From Yuukianura sp. NJ FZ-2021 (taxonomy: Eukaryota): a DNA stretch of 64,000 bases. Below the pieces are notes generated by a model. It made no database searches, was not told the DNA's origin, and was given only the letters and a program-made list of their open reading frames with translations. The position numbers and the translations under genes are program-made. How positions within the stretch are numbered: the first letter of the stretch is position 1; each line of letters starts with the position of its first letter. The DNA is taken from the NCBI GenBank assembly GCA_046563655.1, contig CM102284.1, positions 2,232,001-2,296,000 of the forward strand. Reading direction: 5' to 3'. Shown piece after piece: positions 38,712-49,347 of the stretch.

Positions 38712-40429
38712 ATGCGACCGATTTTTGTGGTTGCCCTGCTATTTTTGGCAGCAGCGAACGCTCAGACGTCAATTTTTGAAAAAATTGACGCTCTTAAAAA
38801 CGCGTTGATCTCAAGGGGATTTCCACGCAGAAACTTTGTGACGCAGACGGACTACGAGTACATTTTCCTCAACGAACCATGGCAACTCAAACCACCAGCG
38901 ACGCATCCACTGGCCTTTGTTCTTCCAAGAAACGAACGGGATGTCATGGCAACGGTATCGTCGGCAGCAAAACTTGGACTTCGAATTGTGCCAAAGGGAG
39001 GCGGACATTCATTTGAAAAGTATTCATATGGAGATGACAATTCCGTTGTGCTGGATTTGCGCCTACTCAACTTTGTGGAAGTAAATTCAAAATCTTACAC
39101 AGCGTCGGTGGGGCCTGGACTTTTGGTGGGACAACTCGGATGGCGTTTGTGGGAGGCTGCAAAGGTCATGACCCCGACTGCATTTTGTCCGACTGTTGGA
39201 ATAGGAGGTGACGAATTCAAAATTTCATTTTTTTTTACTTCTAAATTTTAACTCTATGGTTTCAATTCTACGATAGCGTTTTTTTTTTCAATAAAAAAAA
39301 GTATTTGCAGAAAATTTAAACTTCTTTTTCGTAAATTGTAAGATCTGTAACGAAAATATTTCTTTTGCTACAGAAAGTTAATTATTTTTTATTTAATTTT
39401 TTTTAAGGAAGTGCACTTGGAGGTGGATTTGGGAACTTTGCTGCTACTTACGGTCTATCACTGGACAACATCGTGGCGCTGCACGTTGTGAACGCAATGG
39501 GTCAACTACTGGTGGTCAACTCAAGGTCAAACAGTGACCTCTTCTGGGCTATGCGTGGAGGAGGTCAATCGCTTGGCATCGTCACGAAGTACGTGTTTCG
39601 AACGTACCCCGCTCCGGAAGCCGTTTTCGAAGGAATTCTAAACTACAACATCACTGATTTCCCCAAGGTTGCAATGGCTTTTCAAGATCTTCTAGCCGCA
39701 CAAACTGCTCCGAGTGAATTCACGACCGAACTCGAAGTTCGAAACTCCACAAACTGTAGAGTGCGATTCACCGATGTTAGCGGAACAGATGAAAATTTTG
39801 AAAAACTTCGCAAACATTTCCCGCCAACTGCCGTCGTTACGAAGAGTTCATTTTCGTTTCCTGACTTTCTTTTTTACCAAGCCAAGACGCTTTCGAATGA
39901 ACTTCTAAGAAACGACGCTTTATTAACAGTTCCTTCAGATCTGGGCAAAATTTCTCGCTTTTCCACGCTACCTGTTTACCAGTTTCGCAAAGATTTCTAC
40001 GTTCAAAAAACCGTGGGAATTTTTCCTTGGTTTCTGCTTGAGGCGTTACTTGAAACGATGCCCAACACTACTTCGGTCTGGTTCGAGGGTTATGGAGGGG
40101 CTGTGAGATCTGTCGGCATCAACAAAACTGCTTTTGTCCACAGAGGACCGACATTGTATCTGGCCGTTGCAAGTTACAAGGTCACCGACCCGTCTGACGC
40201 CGAACAAAACCAAGTTGGCCAAGCGTTTGTTGAAAACTTTTATGACCTCGGACTTCAAGTTTTCAATCACACTGAATCTTATCAAAATTACATCGACCCG
40301 GAATTGACCGACTACTTGGATCGATACTACGGCAGCAACTTGGACCAGCTTGTTCAAGTTAAAGCCAAGTATGACCCAGGAAACATTTTCAACAATCCAC
40401 AGTCAATTCCTGTCTCGCTTAGCCAATAA
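38712..40429 (+). CDS. Secreted berberine-bridge-enzyme-like FAD-linked oxidase (FAD_binding_4 + BBE), 2 exons
   Basis: Signal peptide; KGGGHSFE and CPTVGIGG|SALGGGFG flavinylation motifs; DLFWAMRGGG..GIVT; C-terminal YQNYID..YYGSNL..L..VKAKYDP.NIF...QSIP. Intron 39208-39408. Confidence 0.92.
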
Positions 40430-40938
40430 TTCGTTTCCAAAAGAATTGTCGTCATTATACTTTTTCATTGTTACCTATTTGGATTTTTGAAAAATGAATT
40501 TTGACAAAAGCTTTTTATTCTTGGGATTAACTTTTTAATGGAGTTTTAATCAGAATCATTAAATATTTTAATAAAAATCAATTTCCAATGTTTATTAAAA
40601 GTCGAAGCACGATTACTAAAATTTTCATTTACTTTTTCAATACTATTTCCAATCACGTTTTTTACTACTTAGAAATAACGTGCACATTGAACCTTGAAAT
40701 TCATAGTCGTATTCTTGACTGATAAAATTATCACCATCTATTATTTACCTAAATAAACGATACACTATCATATTTACTCAAAAAGAAATATAGCTTAGGT
40801 TACACTGAACGAAGTCTTTGGACAAGGTTCACACGCTTTATAAAATATTAAGAAAGTCTAGTTATACCCTAGTTTCAATTACTAATTGACCACTCTCCCA
40901 CAAGCATTTCCTTCTTTGCTTTTGCAACTGTTACAATA

Positions 40939-43060
40939 ATGGTTCGAACAATTGTTTCCATCGACCATACGAAAAGTGCCTTGGACCAACCAAGTCCTGG
41001 ACTCATCCATACCCGCTGGCATCCGGACATCCCATCAATCGCCACGGTTTCGCAGAACGAAACTTTCAGACTCGAATGCTTCGACTGCACAGGTTACGCA
41101 TTTCGATTTTAGAAAACTGCGCTTTTTAAGTCAACTGAAATTGTACTTTTGTTTTCCTAGGTGGGCAAGTCAAAAACGACGACGATGCGCGTGACATACT
41201 GGAGATTGACAACGGTTTGATACACCATTTATCTGGACCGGTGGCTGTCGAAGATGCTCAGCCTGGAGATGTTCTGGAAGTGGACATTCTGGACATCCAG
41301 CCACTAAAAGGTAGTGAGTGGGGGTACACAGCCATATGCAGTCCAGAAGTAGGCGGCTTCTTGTCAGACAAATTCCAGAGGACCACGAAGGCCATTTGGG
41401 ATTTTGATGGAATCTATGCCTCCAGTAGACATATCCAAGGAACCAAGTTCCCGGGTATTATCCATCCGGGCATTATAGGAACTGCACCGTCACATGACCT
41501 TCTGCGGCAGTGGAACCAACGGGAGCAACAACTCATGTCCAACGCAAAAGGTCACATTTCACCGGGTAAGACCGTAGCATACGTAAATAGCAATTATATG
41601 AAATAACAAGGTTTGTAAACAAAAAACTTTTTCTACACCAGGTTGTTTAACAACTCAATGTTTTAAGAAGTGTTAAAGAATTTGTATTTTTTCCTTCAGC
41701 ATTGTATGGTAATTATTTACACAGTGTGTAATGCAAATAGAGGGGAAAAAGTATTTTTTCGAGATTATTTAGAATCTCCGGTTATTGGACAACCTGTTGT
41801 AGGAATAAAATCAGTTGCCAATGAACCTTGATAAAACAACATTGAATAACGCAAAATTCATTCACAAGGTTAGGTGAATTTTTTGTGTTTTTTTTTTTTT
41901 AATTCTTTGCTTGATGTAGTGGCTGCTCTACCGAACCCACATGGAGCTCTGGTGGGAAAATTGGAGGGTACTCCGTTGGGGGAGAAAGTGAAACAGGAAG
42001 GAGCCAGCACATTTCCACCCAGAGGTGTGTTTAATTAAGATACACCCAGAGGTGTATCTTAATTAGGTTAACAATTTAATAGAACGGCAAAATTTTGAAA
42101 TTTGAAAAATTAACTCTCGAATAAATGTTTTGTTTTGGTTTTTTAGAAAACGGAGGAAACTGTGATATTAAAAATTTGTCCAAGGGATCGAAAGTTTGGC
42201 TCCCCGTTTTTGTTCCCGGTGGAAACATCAGTGTCGGTGACATTCACTTCTCTCAAGGCGACGGAGAAATTACAGTAAATTTTGAAAAAAAAACCGAAAC
42301 ATCTTTTTTTTTAAATTTTTTTTTTTTTTGAAAATTCACCTGCTAACTAAACATGTAAACCTAACTTTGGTATAGTTATGCGGTGCCATAGAAATGTTCG
42401 GGGCAGTGACCTTGAGAGTCCGTGTAATCAAAAACGGAATAGAAAAAATGGGCATGAAAACCCCGATGTTCATGGCTGGTCCAGTTGACCCTCATTTTTC
42501 GAAATATTTAACTTTTGAAGGAATAAGCGTCGACGAAAACGGAAAACAACACTACTTGGACTCCAATCTGGTAAATTCAAAATATTTTTACGCAGCAGCT
42601 TTGAAAGTAATCACGGCAAACATGGACGGAAGTTTCTAAGCTGCTCTCTCTGCTCTATAAATTAATGTCCTATAAGGTCTATAGACCGTGTATGTTGTGT
42701 TCTCAGTCGTTCAGAAACGCATGTCTCAACGGAATCGAGTACTTGAAGAAATTTGGGTACACGGATGAACAGGCGTACACACTTCTGTCCGCCTGTCCCT
42801 GCGAAGGCAGAGTCAACTCCATCGTGGACGGTAAATCCGTTACTCGAAGGAAAAAAAATAATTATTTGATTTTTTTTTGTTCAATTTGAAACAAATGTTG
42901 AACTGTAATGTTGTTATGTGCAGTTCCCAATGCATGTTGCTCAATCGCAATTCCGGTGGACATCTTTGACTTCGACATTACCCCAAGAGATACAGATTTC
43001 CAGAATATTCCCAGAGGTAACGTAGCACATGTGAAGCCCAAAACCGCAATTCAAAATTAA
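40939..43060 (+). CDS. Formamidase/acetamidase (FmdA_AmdA family), 7 exons
   Basis: HTRWHPDIP, ECFDCTGGQ, HHLSGP..AQPGD, HPGIIGTAPS, ENGGNCDIKNL, GDIHFSQGDGEI, CGAIEM, FEGISVDE, VDVPNAC. Six GT-AG introns join in frame. Confidence 0.93.
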
Positions 43061-43363
43061 TATCTAGAAATCATCCGTCCGGTTTACCGTACGGAAATAC
43101 AAAAATCAAAAAATTTAAAACTTAGAATGCAAGGCTCCTTTGGATCAGTGTTCTTGAACAGGTTGCGTAATACCTCAGTTATTTACCAAAAAAAATGGAG
43201 ATAACAATAAAATATCTTCGTTTTACACCTGCGATGTCACTGACACCTACGAACTCTAATACTTTTAGGTTTCTACAAAATGTTGTATAAAATAGCCCAA
43301 CTCTTTGTTGAAGTTTATTGATTTATTGAGAATTAAAAATTCCTACTACATAAAAGTTTGAAA

Positions 43364-44741
43364 TCATCGGTTTTTGAACACTGTCCAACTCACTAATTGA
43401 TCGAATTTTTGAAAATCGTAGATAATTCTTTTGGTTTCTACGGCTGTTATTTCTCGTCCTATCCAGTTTCCTTTTTTCTCCAAAACAAAAGTTGTCATAT
43501 TTTGTGTCACTCCAACATGTTCCAAAAAGTTCACAATTTTTTCAAAAGTTGAATCTTCTTCTAGAGTGATGTTCCTAAAACAGTTTTCAATGAAAATAAA
43601 GTCCAGAGAATCGTAACTTGTGTACATATCTGAGAAGAGCATTATATTCAAAAGCGTCGGACAAGATTTTGAATTTTCATCTTGAGCAAAAGTAATCCCA
43701 AATTTTTCTACGCTAGGAAAAGTATAGTTCGTGTGTTCAAAGAATGCGAAGTCAAAGACGCAATCGCGAAAGTAAACATTCACTGCGTTGCGGAAACTCC
43801 GAAACATGTATTCAAGTCTAAAATTTTTGAGTGACAGTGACTCCAAACTCCGCGGTACCAAACTTAAATCAAATGGGACATCTTGAATTTCCCAGTAGTT
43901 TCCCTCCAAGTGCAAACTTCGAAGCCGTTTACTCTTTCTCACCACTTCGTTGTACGCCTCCGCCGTTCCGTTTCCTACCTGAGCAAAGGATAGCTGCAAG
44001 TAGCTCAAGTCTTCCGGAATTAAGGCTACGTCGACATCGGTGCTTTTCAACGTCAACTTTTTTACTTTCGGTGACCTTGACCCTTGACGTGCCAGAAAAC
44101 TTGAAACCAGAGCAGAATCGTTGTAGCCCATCAAGAATTCTCCTGAAGTCTTATACAATTTACATAGGATGTAGCCACCAACTTCAATTTTAAAATCGAC
44201 ATCCCCCGCCAGAATGTCAAGGTCATTTGTTGCCGATTTGGTGAAAAAAAAGTACTCAGCACATCCTAAAGATTGTGGAGGGTAAGGAGCGTAGGTCAAC
44301 TTGAGGTCAAATTGCACCAACTTCGGCAAGAGAATGCGGGAGGTGCTGTTTGGAAATTGACCAATGAGCTCTACGTTATGGAGTCGGAGAAACTCGAGAT
44401 CCGAACACAACCGAAGTTCATCGAGCAAAACGTCGATGTCCATGTCCTCTGTATCGGATAATTCAAAAGCCCGCAGTCGCGACTTTTCTAGGGCTGGAAG
44501 ATTTCGAAACTGTATGAACGTCTTCTGCGTCCCTTTCCACTCCAGCGATTCCTGAAATTGTTAGACAATTCTTAAATAAAAAAAGTAACAGATTTTGAAA
44601 CTTTTTCTGATTTTTTTCTTATGAGTACAAGATTGTAATTTTTTTTACCTGCTCTGAATTGCTGCATTTCTCAGAGGTGTCTTCGTCTCCGGAAACAAAC
44701 AGAAGGAAAGCACAAAATCCGAAAACTGGGAGTACTCTCAT
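43364..44741 (-). CDS. Secreted protein with degenerate LRR-like repeats, uncharacterized (2 exons)
   Basis: Exon 1 MRVLPVFGFCAFLLFVSG (signal-like) splices in frame into the long ORF. LxxLxL motifs: LEFLRL, VKKLTL, LSYLQL, LRSLHL, LESLSL. Confidence 0.6.
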
Positions 44742-45209
44742 TTTTTCAGGTCTCAAAAATATAAAATTTTAAGCGTCCTTATGAAATGCTAAGAAAATTC
44801 TAATTTATTTTCAAAATATTTCTCAATTCATTTTTTTTAACTAAGCTTGCTATTTATGTGAACCCATGCACATTTAGTTTTGTAATTAACAAGTAGTTAA
44901 AAGACTATTAATATTCTTAACTTAATACCAGGTTGACCTTGGACTCGACTCATCAACTTCTCACTAGATTTCCTTTTGTTAACGACTCACGTGTTGATCT
45001 TCACACCTTGTTTTCACACCTCCAGAATTAATTTTCACGGATACTCAAATTTTTGAAGTTACCGAAATGCAAAATACTAATTCAAATGCAAGCTTATTGC
45101 AAACTACAATGAAGCACAATTTACTTAAAGTTTAAGTTTCAGTTTTTCCAACTTATTTCATATAAGAACAACATAACCTTTCAAAGCTATCCCACATTTT
45201 TGCGCTGCT

Positions 45210-45554
45210 TTAATTGTACTCACCTATTGTACCCGTCATACTGGAACACTTGTACCGACCACAATCAAATAGAATACGCCTTTGTGATTTGCAATACAAT
45301 AACCTCTGGCAACAAACTGGCAACCTTTTTTGCAGTTTAATTCAAAAATAGTCATCACTGTTGTGAATTTAATAAAACTGGTACATATTTTCCGGCGCGA
45401 GAAGATAATCCAGGATTTACTCAACTCAACACTAAAGGAAGCTGCCAATTTGAATTCGGAGGTTGCTTTACTGCCACTAGGTGGACGTGCTGCTTTTGAT
45501 TGTGGTAGGTACAAATGTACCCTTGAAATGGGTTTAGTAGTTGGGTACAGTTAA
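45210..45554. mobile_element. ~345-bp element with long imperfect terminal inverted repeats (old MITE)
   Basis: TTAATTGTACTCACCTATTGTACCC..TTGTACCGACCACAATCAAA vs reverse complement TTAACTGTACCCAACTACTAAACCC..TTGTACCTACCACAATCAAA; TTAA at both ends. Confidence 0.5.
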
Positions 45555-45632
45555 GGGAGAAATTTTTACTAGTGGGTACAAACTGGCAGTCCAAGTTTAC
45601 TTCAACCGAAGTTGGACACTAATATTTCAGTA

Positions 45633-46920
45633 ATGACGGAAATCGGAAATGCCGCCAACGGTGCATACACAGAGCATGCGCACAAGGAAGCACCCCGCTC
45701 AGAAACGCTTTGGAGTCGCTACAGGGGCTTGTTTTTCAGCGCCATAGGAGCCATGTTCTTCTCATCTGCTTTCCTTGTCATCAAGGAGCTGGAACACTAT
45801 CATCCCATCACACTGTCGCTATGGAAACAGTTATCTTTGCTCATTCCGACGATTCCGCTGTTTTTTGTTGTAATGTGGAGGGATGTCAGGAAGCATGGAC
45901 GAGTAATGTTCTGGTCGTCTGTTTTTCCCATGGACAACCGTCAGAAAAAAATACTCTTCGGATTTTTACTGGTATTGCTTTTTGGTAAAATTCAAAAAAA
46001 AAAAATACCGATTTAAACTAATTTAATTTTATAACATTTTTTGGAAAGTATTTATTAATTTGTTTGAAATTTTGTGTGTGTTAAGTTCCGCTCCATCTTG
46101 GGCGTGACTGGGCAGCTACTGCAAGTCTGGTCTCTGCAGTACCTCAGCGTAGGTGACTCCTCAATATTTGCATTTTCAAATCCCATTGTCGTTGTGCTTT
46201 TGGCGGCAATTTTTCTCGGAGAAAAATGTAGCGTCGTATCAACATTAGTTGTGGTTATGACCATTCTCGGAGTTGGCGTCATGGTACGTCCACCGATACT
46301 CACGGGACAAGCCAATTTCGATATGAACAACCTGGTAAAAATTTTCTTTGACGTAGTACAAAGCATGAATAGAAAAATTCCTAGCAATGTTGAATTTAAA
46401 AGTGATTTAAATTTAAATAGTTTACTTTTTAATTAACACGTTTTAGTTCGGAATCATTTTGGGCACTGGAGGCATGTTTTGCTTCGCCTCTGTGATTATC
46501 ATTCTGCGCAAGGTCCGAACTGTACATTGGGCATTCAACTTACTTGTTTTCGGCGTAATTGGAATTCTGGAGTGCGGAATCACAGCAGGGATTCTCGGCG
46601 TTTTCGAACTACCTACAACCACTCTCGACATTTGCCTCAGCGTCGTTGCACTTCCTCTTACTGTGGGAACATCGCAACTTTGTAATGTACTGGCATACAA
46701 ATTTGAAAAAGCTGGACCTGCTTCTCTCATTGCGACAATTGGCGTTCCGTTTTCATTTGTACTTCAATATATTTTTTACGGAACTGCGCCCGATGCATTT
46801 AGCACAATCGGAGGAGGAATCGTCATCCTCGGGGTTTTCGTCATCACTGCTAAAAAATATATTGAAGAACTATCGCAAGAGGACCCTATCCGTAAAAGAT
46901 TCAGATTTATACTTTTCTGA
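45633..46920 (+). CDS. EamA/DMT (SLC35G1-like) transporter, copy 1 (3 exons)
   Basis: ~10 TM segments; SLQYLSVGDSS..FSNP..AAIFLGEK, VMVRPP, AYKFEKAGPASL..FVLQYIF..PDAFS.IGG. Confidence 0.88.
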
Positions 46921-47737
46921 TTCTAAGAAATATAGTGTAGTAGTTTTTAAACATTAGCAGTAGAATCTTAGAAAATCATTTGTTTGGTTGAATGTGTGAT
47001 CAAAAGCAGTTTTAAAATAATCTCAAACATGAGCTTATTCTTAAATTTTTTCACAAAACTTAATAATTTCTTTTTCGGATAAACACCGGAAAATGCATGA
47101 CAATAAAGAATGCCCAAAGAATTGTTATCTCTTGGTTTTCTAAATACTTCCCAAACGTTCAATGGTGAACGTTAATGAATCGCATTGTAAACTTTTGTAC
47201 TAACGTATTTCCATTCAGTTGTTGGACAATTCGAAAATGCGCCTAACTAAAACACCCAGCTGTTTGAAAATGGAAATTTTCAAAATTGTTTGATAACTAC
47301 ATATAATTATAGCTGTTTAAATCGTTCTATCTTTACGTAATTTCGACCTTGCCATTTATCATTCTTTCCTTAACTTACTTTCGTTATCCCAACATGTCTT
47401 GCTCTACATCGCTTCATAATGAATCTGGCAATTAGTAGTACCTAACTTTGTCGTTCGCAGAATACAAAACAGAATTTTCCAGCTTGTCTGAAACTGTGAT
47501 TAGGTGCAAACTAACTTTACTTCAGTCGTATAATGCATTAACTCAAATAGTCACCAACAAAATGCAAACGCAAAAACACAGTTGACGCCAAAACAGCTTT
47601 TCCCAGTCTAGAACTACTGAATATTAGCGTAATAATCAAACCAGTTGAATAAATTTAAATAAGTACGATGCGGTAAAAGTGTCTGTGTGGGGTGATAAAT
47701 ACGGTTCCAGGTCAAATCGTAAGTTCAAATTCGTAAG

Positions 47738-49271
47738 ATGATGAAAGTTGCATACAGTATCTCTGGCGTCAGCAAGGAGAAAATGCAGAAGCAAACACCG
47801 CAGCCCAAAAGTCTTTGGAATCGCTATAGGGGCTTGGTTTTCAGCGCCCTAGCAGCCATGTTTGTCTCGTGTGTCTTCCTGGTCGTTAAGAAACTGGAAC
47901 ACTATCGCCCCATCACAGTGTCGCTATGGAAACAAGTAGCATCGCTCATTCCAACTATCCCGCTGTTACTGTTTGTGGTTTGGAAAGACAAAAAAGAAAC
48001 TGGGCAAGTGCAATTCTGGACGTCCGTTTTACCAATGGACACTCGTCAAAAGAAAATACTATTTGGTTTTTTAGTCGTAAGTCCCTGTTCAATTCACAGA
48101 AATTAACGCAATCAAGGTTCCGTGATAATGAAAAGTGAATTTTCTTCAACAGGTTGGATACTACCTCGCTTGTTGACAAGAAAATGAAAAAAAAAATTAG
48201 TACTAATTTAGTACCCGTCCAAAAAGTTGGTACCTATCCGTATGCAATTTAAAAATCTGACTGTATTGTTGTGGCTATGATGCCTCAAAACAAAAAAAAA
48301 TTATTTTCTTTTTGCAAAATCCAAAAAACAAGGGGTATCACACAACCTGTTAAAGAAAACTATGTTACACTGTCGGCATTGGATTGACAGCTATGACCTA
48401 ATACGGATTCAAAAAAAAATGGTAACAAGAAGTTTTTAAACCCGACTAACTACGTTTCATTTTTTTGCAGGTCCGCTCTATATCGTCGACAACTGGACAA
48501 TTGCTGCAGGTTTGTTCGCTGCAGTATCTCAGCGTTGGTGACACTTCAATCTTTGCATTTTCAACTCCAATCGTCGTCGTTGTGCTGGCTGCAATTTTTC
48601 TCCACGAAAAATGCAGCGTAGTGTCAACCGTAGTAGTGCTTGTGACTATCTTCGGAATCGGGATTATGGTACGTCCCCCAATGCTCACAGGACAAACGAC
48701 TCTTGATATTGACAACTTGGTAAATAACCTCATACATTTAAAACGTAGTCTAACAATCACCTTCAATATTACTTACACTTTGATCTCATTTTTTAGAAAG
48801 GAGTTAGCTTAGGTATTGTAGAAACACTTCTCTTTGGCCTGGACATCATCATTCTGCGCAAATCTCGAACTGTTACACTGGGCTTTCCACATTTTAATGC
48901 TAAGCTCTATTGGAATTGTGGAGTGCTCAATAGCTGCATGGATTGTCGGAGTATTCGAGGTACCAACCACGCTGGGCGATTTATGTCTCACCGTCATTGC
49001 ACTTCCGATTACTGTGTTTTGTTCGAAACTGTGCGCTGTCATGGCGTACAAATTTGAAAAAGCAGGACCTGCTTCACTCATTGCAACACTTGGCGTTCCG
49101 TTTTCATTTGTACTTCAATATATTTTTTACGGAACTTCACCTGATGTGTTCAGCACAATCGGAGGAGGAATCGTCATCCTCGGTGTTGTTACAATCACTG
49201 CCCATAAGTATGTTGAAGAACTGCCGCAGGACAACTCTAACCGCAAAAGATTCGGATTCGTACTGTTTTGA
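47738..49271 (+). pseudogene. EamA/SLC35G1-like transporter, copy 2, with a 1-bp insertion frameshift
   Basis: Same exon structure and high similarity to copy 1. CGAACTGTTACACTGG vs copy-1 CGAACTGTACATTGG: extra T at 48873-74, premature TGA at 49055. Confidence 0.7.
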
Positions 49272-49347
49272 ATATAGAAAAAGTAATAGATTTTGAAACT
49301 TTTGTATTCTTAAAAATAATCGTTAGTCTCTATTTTAACAAACATTA

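Noticed and set aside
38712-43060. Microbial contamination or chimeric assembly
   Set aside because: Both genes have AT-rich GT-AG introns like their neighbours and no compositional break is evident.
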